Shown here piece by piece: positions 1-11,400 of a DNA stretch of 64,000 nucleotides; the stretch's first letter is position 1; each line of letters begins with the position of its first letter. A program made the translations under genes and the position numbers. The notes under the pieces are model-generated. The model was not told where the DNA came from. It did no database searches and was given only the letters and a program-made list of their open reading frames with translations. Origin of the DNA: Amoebophrya sp. A120 (lineage: Eukaryota > Protista > Dinoflagellata); contig CAJINV010000002.1 in NCBI GenBank assembly GCA_905178155.1, forward strand, positions 11,782,591 through 11,846,590, in the 5' to 3' direction.

Positions 1-17
1 GTGGCACCAAGTCACGG

Positions 18-3000
18 TTGCTGGTGCGCGGGAGAAGTCGCACAGAAAGGAACAAACGGGATCCGCACTGTGAGCAGCTACACCGGCCTGGTTCCAGCAC
101 AGGTCTGCAGAAAACGCCTCCGCCAGCTGCTGCTGCGAGTACAAGCACGCCTCTTCGACGCAAGAAGAGTCACCCCCAAGAAGAGATCAACACTCATCAG
201 AACGTCAAGGGTGGGCCGTCACCACGGGGGCAGGCCCACGCATCGAATCCGAAAAATGCCGCTCCAAATCCAATACATGCGGGGAAAGCGATAGCGAAAG
301 GCGACGAGAATTTATCCACCCGGGCGGCAAAGCCTATCTTTGGAAAGGGGTTCGTGCAAGTTCCGTGTGGTCACGGTGGCGGGAAGCAAATGTCCCCATC
401 ACCTTCTGGTGCGACGACATACGAGGAGAATAGGATCGAACCCGGTGCACCAGTAAGAGGAGCAGGATCTTGTTCGAGGCAGATGAATGCAAAGGCAACG
501 GATCCACCAGCTGCCGGGGATGAAAGTGGTGTTCCTCAGAAGAGACGGTTGGACAGACGGGTTGTTCCGCTTCACTACTCACGCGGTTCCAACTCGTCCT
601 TGGGCACGACCAGCAGCACGTCGTCGTCCAGGGCGTCGTCGCGGTCCACTTCCAAGAGTTCGGCCAAGAGTTCGGTTCGCGGAAACCGTGGTTCCTCGAG
701 ACGACACGGACGCGCGCAGCGGTCAAAGAGAACATCCAGCGCGAGGACGTCGTTGGAGCAGCAGCTTCGAGGAAATGCACAAGGAAATAGAAACACTTCT
801 AGATCTCGACCACACGACCGGGTCGTGATGAAGACCGCACGAGCGGCGGGGGCTGCTTTCAAACCACGGCAAATGATCAGGTCGCGAAGCAGCAGTGTGG
901 CGAGTCTTTTGTCCAATGCATCGATGTCTGACCTGGAACGGGCTCACAAGAGGTTGCAGACGGTTCCAAAGTTGCGCGGGGGCGGGAAACCCACCGCGCT
1001 CTTGAACGATCTGGACCTCCACTACACTGACCCCAATACGGGCGACAAGTTTGTGCTGCCCTACGACCACCAGCCACTAAGCGATTACGTGAACTTGACG
1101 ATCAAGCAAGAGTGCAACCTCGCGATCACGTGGCGTACCTGGCCCATTCTGGACGAAGAAAAGATTTCTAGGTTTGAAACAAAAAGTGGGAACCCCCGGG
1201 ACACAACTGCACCAGAAATCAGTATACCGAAGCACGTTGTCGCACTGTCTTCGTTCTTGACACGAGTTTTCTGCGCTGTCTACCGCTGCGGACGCTTCGT
1301 TTTCATAAAGATGAAGAAGGTAGTCAAGTGTGTGGCGCGATATGTTTTTGCGTTGAAGAAGAGGAAGCAAGGAAGTAGAGCAGGACGGGACCACGGAGCG
1401 GGAGATCTTCAAGCTGCGGGCAACAAGAGAACGGCTGTGTCGGGAAGTTCTGACTCCGAAAAAGAAAGTTTACTACAAATCAGCGGTAAAAAGGTGGACG
1501 ACGTCGACGCGACGACAGGGAAACAAGGCACGCGCGATGCTGCTCCCTTCTTCTACGTGCACGGGCAAGATACAAATAACCTCAAGTTTTTGAACATGGC
1601 GATGCTCGGGTATGGGCTTTGCGCCGCTCTCACGGCCGGCGGTTTTTTTGGATCTCTCTTGCGAACGACCGCGGTCGTGAGCGATGGACTGTCTGGAGCT
1701 CCTCCGGCGAACAATTTAATCTTTCACAGTGGAGCCCGACGAGAATATGCTCGGGATTACGCGCCGCCGCAACCGGTTTTCTTGCACGCGGGATGGGCAC
1801 AAAATGTGCCTGGCCAACAAACCGCCCATACCGGTGCGAACTACGTTGCTCCGCATGGTCCCCCCGCTGCACAGCATCATCAAGTGCACCCCGATCGTGT
1901 GATTGGTGATCCCCGTGAGCTAGAGCCGCTGCGAGACCGCGTTTCGCTCCACAATAACGCCCTTGATTCTGGCAACGGCAACCTTCAGCAGCAGCAGCAG
2001 CAGCGGAATATTTTTATGCCTCCACGAGACCAACCGCACGGCCAATTGCCTCCCAACGATCATCAACCTCTCTTCCACCATTGGCACCACTCTCCGCTTG
2101 CGGTGATGCAGAAGATTCTCACCTGCAGCTTTCTGTTTCTATGTCTGGTCTTTTTTGCCACGCTAGTCTATAAGGCGTACAAGCTGCTGCGCGCTCTGAA
2201 GCGGTTCGACAAGGTGAATCAGCGAACGGAGGGGAAAGTTGATAGCTCGAAAAATAGCCGGAAAGGACGACACGAGACTGTCCGCGTGGCCACCAGAATT
2301 GTCGACGGCAGCACTGCTCTGGCGCTTGGAGCCGATCTATTCCGTGAGGGGTGCGAGAAAAATGTCAGTAGCACAGCAGCATCGACTCTTCACGACCCCC
2401 CACCAGACGAAATAATCTGGACGACGGCCCAGTTCCGCGAGTTACACCAGCGAGAATTGCTGGTACCGCTGAAGGACTACCTCAGGCAGGAGAACGACCG
2501 GATTCTCGAGTCGTACGACATGTTCAAGGGCTTGAATTTGCAGAAATCTGCAACTTCCCCGCACGGGCGTCAAGTCGCTGGTAAGATTGCTGAAACTGCT
2601 GCAATTTCGGACGGTGAAAACGCTTCCGCGGGGTCCCGGAAAAAGTATCTGCGGCGACAACGCGACAACTCGGTCTCCACAACGTCGTCCTCCTTGGGCG
2701 CCAAGCTACGGTTACAGGCAAAGGTACAGCTTTTGTTAGACGGCGTTCCGTGTTGTTTTTCACTGATTTTTTGTCCGCACGGTAATGAAGTTGCGCGCTT
2801 CCGTTTCAAATAAGTAGATGTATTTTGGCATTGGCTCCTCGGTTGGATGCAAAATAACGAAATTTGGCGAATAAGGTGAGTGCTTGATCTTTTGTTTATA
2901 AGAGAAATACTTTATTTACTTAACCTCCCGAACGCAGATGGCGAAAGCCGAAGCACAAGGGCGAACGGAGCAGCACGCTAACAGAGAGGATGCCAAATCG

Positions 3001-3582
3001 TTCGATCGCGATGCAGTTCCCAGTACTACTGTTTCTACGAAACTGGATCAAAGTTGCTCTTCTATCAGCACAGGCAACAAGGAGCAGTTGGTTTGCAGTT
3101 TTGTGGATTTGCGAAACGTCGTGGACAAAAAAAGCAAAAAATCCGGAAAGGAGCAGCACGAAGCTCACAGACGGGGCGGAAACGCAAAGGACGCGTTGAT
3201 GTCTACTGGAGTCGCCGGACCGGCGAGGAGAAATACCATCGAGCGCAGTAGCAGAAATATCGAAGGAGTTGACACAAGCAAGAAAAGCGGTAGTTTATTT
3301 CAGGCCGACACTTCTTCGGTAAGGACAAGAAGGGACCATGAAACTACTCGCAAAACTACGCCACCAAAGTTGCTCAAGTCGCGGTCTCCCCTCGCCGGTG
3401 CGGACGGAGCAAAAAGCAAATCAAAGATCTCGACCGCCCCGAAGCCTCCACATCTCCTCAAAAGCTTTGCCCGCGGTGCGAAGCGGCTCCTGGAGCGTAG
3501 TTTATCGCGCAATACAAGCACGTCCTCAGCGAAGTCTCGCACCAACGCAGCTCGCCGAGAAGTGAAAAGATGGCTTGGGTGA
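18..3582 (+). CDS. Hypothetical Ser/Arg-rich membrane protein, at least 2 exons; true start uncertain
   Basis: 931-aa ORF with two hydrophobic segments (MAMLGYGLCAALTAGGFFG; ILTCSFLFLCLVFFATLVY). A GT-AG intron 2724-2937 (AAG|GTACAG...CGCAG|ATG) joins it in frame to ORF 2938-3582. Confidence 0.55.
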
Positions 3583-4643
3583 AAGGACTATCGCAGCCGA
3601 GCGCGCCTATAATTCTCTTGAACACATAAGGAAAACGAAAGGAACCGTCAGTACACATCTAACGAAGTACCTCTGTTTCTTAGTTCCTTGTCAGCAGGAG
3701 CATGAATTGAAGCAAAAATAGAAGATCTTCACGCATGGAAATTGCAAAGATTTTATTGTTTTGAATGAGAAAGTGGAACTGCAATCTCGGACACATTGAT
3801 TGCAGAAGCGAGCGGATGCATCGCGTGTGAAACTGCTCTGCAACGTTTCTTTGCTTAGATCCTCTTTGACGTTTTGCGCAGTTTTTGTGCCTATTCGGTT
3901 CGTCGACGCGCTGGAACACAATTGGTTCATGCCAGCGTGAGCCGCACGTAATCGCGACCAGCTCCCTGGTTCTGCCTGGGTACCATTTTCTTACTTCCAA
4001 GGAAGCCATCCACAGCCAGTACCTGTCTCCACTGCGTTCCATGATGAATCAGAAGCAATCTCTGCCTCGAGTCACTACAGCTCTCTTTTGATGGATCTTC
4101 AGTTCGCAGTACCAGGATGCGCGTTGGCCGCGAAGCGCAGATCGGACAATGAATACGCGTAATGGAAAGATCATATAGTTACTTAGACAGAGCAGCGACT
4201 AGAAAGACACAGATACAACTGCTGGATCGATTCACAGCAGATGTGATGAATGTAGCAGTGATGGTTTGATGGTGAACACGTGATTTACTGCACAACTGAA
4301 GTCCTTTCCGATCATAGTTTACTCGGCCTTTTCGCACAGGAGAACCTTCTACGCGATAGTACGACCTTGTGCCTCCAAGTACGCGGCTTAACAAAGCAGG
4401 GTCTAACTACAAAATGGAGACGTGGCAGTATGAAAATAAGCAGAACTATCCCCCCCGCAGGAGCTATTCGGTACATATGCATGTAGACCACAGCGCTTAT
4501 TGCCCACGTGTGTCATACACAGCACCAGTTCAGTACCACCTCACGTACGCAAAAAACACAATTGTCGTGTCCAAGAATCGCAAATCACGATGCGATGCCT
4601 TTTCATGTGGAGGGGGATAGCAGTTTCAATTTCATAGGGAGAT

Positions 4644-5031
4644 TGAGCTGATAATTTACCTGGTGACATTCTGCGTATTCTTTTTCGGAACGCTTCTGGT
4701 GCATGTCTGCGTGAATGCCTGCCGTCCCAAGCCGCAGGCGACTACAGACGAAACCGCGCCGCTCAACTACGGCCAGCAGGGGTATGGACCCCCGGGATAT
4801 ACGAACAATTACGGCGCAAATCCAGCTGTCGGCAATGACATTTTCTACGGGCAACAACCTGGTATGGGAACTGGCACAGGTGCATTGCCCTACGGAAGTG
4901 TAGCAGCTCCTGGTGGGCCACCGCCGCCTGGGCAGCAAATGTTTGGGCAGCCGGGCCAGGCGGGGAATTCCGTCGCCAACAAGCCGCCCATGGGGAACAA
5001 TTTTCCGCAATCGTACACCGCACAGTTTTGA
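4644..5031 (+). CDS. Last exon of a small single-pass membrane protein with a Gly/Pro/Gln-rich tail
   Basis: After an acceptor-like CATAG, the frame reads EIELIIYLVTFCVFFFGTLLVHVCV (TM) then a G/P/Q/N/Y-rich tail. Upstream exons (~3900-4600) are unresolved. Confidence 0.45.
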
Positions 5032-5521
5032 AAATGTGATAGGATAAAGAATTCTTGTGGTGCTGTTACAGATGTGAGATCGATCGTAATTTTTGAGAGA
5101 GCTGAAGCGTGCCCGTACATGAAGGTAGCGCAAAAGAACAGAGGTGGGGACCTGTTCTCCTTCGTGTCCGTACTTACTGCCGAGCTGCCGAGAGTAGATG
5201 AGCGTCGCAAGGCTTATTGATTCTCGCGTATCACCTGCGATTCGTCGTTTCTTTGTCTCGCTCTCAAGAACATCCAGTGGTAACAAGGGTACTTATACAT
5301 GGTGAGAAAGTCATCTCTGAAAAAGAGCTGTATCCGTGCCCTTCCGTGAGGCACTGTACAGCGTCGATCGATGGTGAGAGTTGAAAAGCAGCCCTGTTGC
5401 CGAAACACTTTTAGCGGAGTTTGCAATGTAGTTGTCTGGTCTGTTTTGTATAAGCCACTCTGGATGGTAGAATTTTAATTGTCAGAGCTTGGTCTTCCTC
5501 TGGGACTGTTGCTGTATACGC

Positions 5522-7952
5522 ATGATGAATTACCCTTCCTGTCGGGTTTTCGGAAGCGCGACTAGGCGCGTTCTGCATTTCCGCAGCAAGAGCGTATGCT
5601 TGTTTGTGGCGGTGCAGGGGTTTTTGTTGTTGCGACACGCGCACGGGTACCAGAGCGAGCTCGACCAGCGCCAGCACGATCAGGCTTATCTCGGATCGGC
5701 GGGCGAAGTTGTGTCCCACCTTGACGCACCTGGCGAGCATTCTGACCGCCAGTCGATAATGTTTTCGGAAATAAACAACGTCGCACATACAGAACGAGAC
5801 CGGGAAAAGCAGGCGAGGCGGCGGAGCGCCTGGCTCTGGAAGAACGAGGTTGTCCGCGCCGTGCGCCGGCGCCAAAAAACCGAGCTGGGCCACGGGGGCG
5901 CACGGGAGCAGCACAGCTCAGTCGCAGCGTCAGCCTCCGGTCGTGTTACGGGGGCAGAAGACACAGTTGGTAGTTCTTTAGGTGGAAGCGCATCAATTGG
6001 GCAACAGAAAAGTAGAACCGCAGCTCTCCTTCAGCGAGAGGAAATAGGCTATGCGGACCAGGGCGACGGGGACCCCGGTGCAGGAGAAGTCTTGAACGCC
6101 GGCGGGGTGAAAAATATCACGCCGCAAAGCCCAGAGCGAGTGACAGCGTCCAGTGAGGCCGGAGAGGAGCACGAAGCTTCCAAAGCGATTGATCGGGACG
6201 TACTCACGGAGGCACGGACGGGTAAGATTTGCGTTTAATTTTGTCTCTGCTCCACAGTGTCTGTGTACTCAATTAGCAGAAAGTTTTCTTGCGATCCACT
6301 GTTGCAGACCACTCACGAACGACGAGTATCATTCGATCTTTGTGGGATTGCGACGAGCGCCATTAGTGCGAGCGTGTGCTCGTTGCTTCAATCACGCGAA
6401 AACTTCGAATTCGGAGTAGTGCTTCTTAATGTTAGAACGGCCCTGTACAACTCAGTACTCAATCTCAGGCGATAGCGCGACTGCTTCGAACGGCGATCAC
6501 CTTGGGCAGGTTTGCCCCTGGATGCAGATTGAGTTCCCCCGTCCGATGGCGGTTACCGAAGTGAAACTCACCGTGAACATGAACCGTGGGGGGCTCCGGC
6601 ACTTGTGGTTCCTGATGCCGTTTGGCGTTGGCAACTACGCCAATCAGATTCAGTGGAAGGACACGGAGTGGAACAAATACGAGCTTCCGGAGAGCGACAT
6701 CTCTCTGGACGCTGGGCTCCGGATCCGGGTGAGTCACAACAAGCGCGTCCGGAGTACCACATGCGACTACGATACGCTGGAGACGGACTACTGTGCGGGG
6801 CACTCTGCGGGAGCGATTTGCCCCACGGTGGACCCGAGCAAAGACGAGGTCTGCGAGATTTTCCGCTATGAAAAAGACCCCGTGCTCGGGAACGGCGCCG
6901 GCTTAGACCGCTTCACGCTGACCGGCGATCTGGACGATCGAGGGGACATGCGCGGCACGGTGGTGATCGACTGCGAGCTGCGCGAGGGCCAGTTCGTGAT
7001 CCTCGAGGCGCTTGGGGTCAAAGCGTCCGACGACAACATGATACGGACGCTGGGGGTAGCCGAGTTTGAAGTATTTGGCACGCATACCACCACCACGACC
7101 GTCGGGACGCCGGCGCCGCCGGAAGAGTCGGCGCTCGTCAGCTCGACCGCTATCGTCTCGATTGCGATCCTAGTGCCCATCGTGCTCGTGCTCCTTGGGG
7201 CGTACGCGCTTCACTTCCTGCATCCCGAGAAGAAGGCGAACGGAGAGCCGAAAAGTTTTGTTGATCGCCTGTTTGGGCCCTGCATGGGGGAAGATGTGGA
7301 GCAGGGCGAGAAGCACGAGACGCTCCTGGCAGGCGGGCACGCGAACATGCCGAGCATCATGAAAAATAATGCCGGCGGCGGGCCCGCCGTGTTCGGCGCT
7401 GCAAAATTCGGCCAGGGTGGCGTTTTCGGGCAGAACAAGACTCCCGCGGTTGGCGCGGCCGCTGTTGGGCATCAGCCTCCGAACGCCGCCATTGCAGCGG
7501 CCGCTGGCATCGGCGCACGCGGCGGCGCAGGCGGCGGAGCAGGTAAAAGTGACGATATTGACTTCGGAAAGTTCCACATGAATATGGCCGGTGACGTGAA
7601 GGCCCCCCCGGAAGCGCAGAAGGACAAAGGACTCTTCGAACGAATCAAGGACTTCTTCCTGTCGTGCTGTAGTTCCGGAAAAAATGGGGAGTGGGGCGAC
7701 GACGACTACTATGGCGACGAGGACTGGGACGGGGAAGAGTGGGACGACGAGTGGGAAGAGGACGACGGCCAGGGCGGCAAGAAGAAAGGCAAGAAGAAGC
7801 GCAAAAAGGGCAAAGATAAAAAGGACGAGAAGTCGACAAAAAAAGGTTCTAAAGCAGGTGCGGCGCCGCCGGAGGAGGACGTGCACGCGCCACAGGAATA
7901 CGGCGGCTCAGGGAAGAAGGCGGATTTTGCGAGTTTCAAAATCAAAATGTAG
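5522..7952 (+). CDS. Type I membrane protein with fucolectin/F5-8 type C (galactose-binding-like) domain
   Basis: N-terminal hydrophobic leader. Candidate intron 6222-6468 (G|GTAAG...CTCAG|GC) keeps the frame. Motifs PWMQIEF..VTEV, VVIDC..GQFVIL and LGVAEFEVFG match the FTP/discoidin pattern. These are followed by a Thr stalk, TM (IVSIAILVPIVLVLLGAYAL) and an acidic/Lys-rich tail. Confidence 0.65.
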
Positions 7953-8401
7953 AAGACAAGATGAGACGACAATAGAAAACCTGCGCGGTTTCGGGCATTT
8001 TTGTGTTTCCGTTTCGCACACAATGAATCAATGAATAAGTCGAGAAAAAATCGAGGACGCGAGGGTACAAGAAGACGAGCTCCGCAGTGAAGCTGCGCAA
8101 GCCGCACTGCTTTTCGTCGCGACATGCGCGGGAGGACTCGATGTGTTCGGCCTCCAGATGATGCTGCGCCGATATTGGCATACAAAGCGAAGCTAATTTT
8201 TCGTTTACGTGCGATATCTCGTACGTGGCTGTAGTTGGGATCAGTGGCCAGAACAACAGAAGGGTGCGCATCGAGGCTAGCGAGGGACGTCTATGTCGTA
8301 GAAGCAGTTCGAGCTCTTTCCTGTCTACCACTGCAACACATTGAGTGAATTACAATCATGCGACATCTTTTTGGTTGTACACAGCCAATTCCTTCAGCAA
8401 A

Positions 8402-11400
8402 ATGAAGTGCTGCTTGCAACCCGCCGACGAGCGGACCGCGGAGGCGCGGAAACTGTGGCAGGCGGTGGAAGCGCGAGACTTGGTAAAAGTGCAACGGATC
8501 GTGCAGCCAATCTACGAGACGGCATTTGGGAAGTCGTATCAGGTGGACCAGACGGGTGACTTTCAAGATGTGGCGATCCCAGGTTATAACCGCACGGGCA
8601 CTACATCCGGGCTGGGCCAGCCGCAGCCGCGCACCAGCGGGGGCTCCTCCGGGTCTTCACAACCGCGGCAGCTTAGCGGATACGCGGTGATGGTGCCAAT
8701 TCCACAGTATATCAACTATAGTGCCCTGCTTCCGCAGCAGCGAAACGCGCTGGCCGTGCTGGAGACCTGCAACAGCAACGGAGAGACGGTTCTGTGGTAC
8801 GCCGCTGTGAACTTGCACCTCGCCCTAGTGCAACTCTTGTGCTCCGCCGGCGCGAACCTGAACCCGGTAGACCGCAGCAACGCTGGCACCACGTTGATGC
8901 ACGCCGTGGTGCGCGCGACTTGCTTCGCGAGCAGCATCAGCGACGTCGACCGTGGTTCCCAGGTGATTGAGTACCTCGCAAAGAAGGGAACGGACTTCAA
9001 CGCGCTCGCGTCGCGGGCGCCGCGCGACACGCCGCTGCTCTTTGCTCTGAAGTGCAAGAGCGAATCCGTGGCTCTGCGGCTGTTGCAGGTCGGGGCGAAC
9101 GCCTTCCTGCATGACGCGTTCCTGAATTCCGCGAGCCACGTGGCGGCCGCGAATTGCCTGGACACGGTTTTGACGAGGTTGTTGCAGCTTGCCGAGGACG
9201 ACGAGGGCTCCCCAAACAAGCGCCGGGTGTCGGAGGTGTCCGGGCGCGGCAGCGAAAACAAGGCGGCGAGCAACGTGGGGCGCCTGTTGAAGAAGCAAAA
9301 CGCCGACGGCCAGACGCCGGTGATGTGCGCGAGGGCGGCGGGCATCGCGCCGCAACTGCAGCTGTCCCCCTCCGGCGAGTGGCTGGCTCTGTCTCCCGTC
9401 GCGTCGATTTTGCAGAACAACCAGGGCGGAATCATCTACTGCAGCTGTTGCGGCGCGTTGATCCAGGCGGACCCGCAGCTCGGCGAGCGCGTCTGGGTGA
9501 GCGGCGACCGCGGTTGGGTGAAGTGCCAGCTGTGTGCCTTCTCCCCCTTTTTCCCGAACAACCACGTGCTCGCGTGCACGCTCGCGCTGCAGGCGGGCGA
9601 CATCTACAGTCTGACGGACGCGGTGGAGGGGTGCTGGCTGGCGGGCTTGACCCCACCCAACGTCGGGCCGTCCGACATGCACCCAAAGGTGTCTGAAGCG
9701 ATTTCGACACTCGTGACCACCCTGCAGCAGCACTTACGCAGCGCGATCGAGCAGCAAGACGTGAAAGAGCTGGAGCGCGGCATCGAGATGCTTTCGTACA
9801 GCAAAATTTCCGGCCTCCGCGAGGACGGAGAGGCACGAGACCTGTTGGTGAAAATCAAACTGCAGAAAGCCATCCAGAACGAGAACGAGTCGGAACTGAA
9901 GCAGGCAGTGATGACCGCCGATCAGTACGAGCGGACGCAGCTCCCCGAATACGAGCAGGCGCAGAAGCTGTTGACGCTGATCGAGCTCCGGGAGAAGGTG
10001 TTTGAGGCGCGAAAGCAGCTGCAGTGGTCTTTGCAGCACTCCGACATGCGGCTGCTGGCCGTGTCGCTGAAGATCATGCAGGACGCCATTCTCGCCGCGC
10101 GCGAGGGCCAGTCCTCTCCCTTGAAAGCCAACATCCCGTCTGTGACGGACGAGGACGAGAAGCTGCTGCAAAAGGGGTGGCGGGTCTTCAGCCGCTACCT
10201 GGCCGACGCCTGCGATTTTTTCGAGGAGAACAAGGTGTACAAAGCCCTCGAGTGCGCGAAGTCGTACGGCTTCGACGAGGCGGTGCTGCAGCAAAACGTC
10301 GACGAGCAGACGGGGCGGAAGGACTCGCTGCGAAAGATGGAGCAAGCTCTGGAGAAGTTCGTGACGAGGAATCTGCAGAAAGCCATCGAGAAGTTCGACC
10401 GGGACTTGCTGCAGAAGGCGATCTCGGATGCGGAGAAGTACCATCTGACGAAGTTCGTGGAGTACGACAACGCGAAGACGGAGCTGCTGCTGTTCCCGCA
10501 GAAGTACGCCATCCGGCTGTTGCACAGCGCCACGGACACGCTGCAGTCCGGCGGCAAGGTCAACAAGCAAAAGTTGGAGGAGGCGCTGCGCAATCTGTAC
10601 TTCAACGACGAGGTGAAGAACAGCGGGCTGGAGCACACCCCGGAGGCGAAGAGGGCGGTGGGTCTGTACCGCACCGCGTTCGAGATCCCCAACCACTTCG
10701 ACATGAACTACGTGCTATCAAATGCAAAAATGTCTGGGTCTGGAAGATTGGAACTTGTGATGCAAACTTTGGACTCTAGAAAAATCTGTATTGCATGACC
10801 AGCAAGAGGAGTCTAGTTTGTGCGACGCGGGGAGGGCGTTTGGCATGCGGAGTAGGCATCAGGAAGCCCTCGCAAAATCTGTGATGCGCGGTCGCGCATT
10901 ACAGACATCCTGGGTCATGCAAAACATCTCAGAATCTTCCAGACCCAGACATTTTTGCAGTTGATACGTGCTGAAAAAGCTGCAGTTCGACAGCAACGGC
11001 CAGGAGTTTGTCGCGGCCTTCCGGAAACCGCGGAACGAGCTGGTGTCCATCGTGCAGGACCTGTTCGACCTGACGGCCATTCGGAAGCGCACCCGGGACC
11101 GCCGCGGCGTGGTGCCCCGCGGGTTAGAGGTGGTCTCGGTCGCGCACGTGCAAAACCACAAGATCTGGGTGAACTACCTGCGCGCCAAGAACAAGATCGC
11201 GCGCAGATTCGAGAGCCCGCCGGACGGTGCCGGCGCTGGCGCAGGTGCAGCAGGGACAACCGCGGGGGCGAAGAAGAAGCTGTACAATGACACGGGGAAG
11301 CCGGACATGGTGAAGACGCTCGGGCGGCTCCGCAGCTCCGGCCGGACGTTCCACGACCACTGGCAGCGCATGACGAACGAGGACACGATCGACAGCACCA

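Noticed and set aside
8716-10779. Overlapping antisense and alternate-frame ORFs (239-320 aa)
   Set aside because: Shadows of the high-GC3 PARP gene with no motifs.
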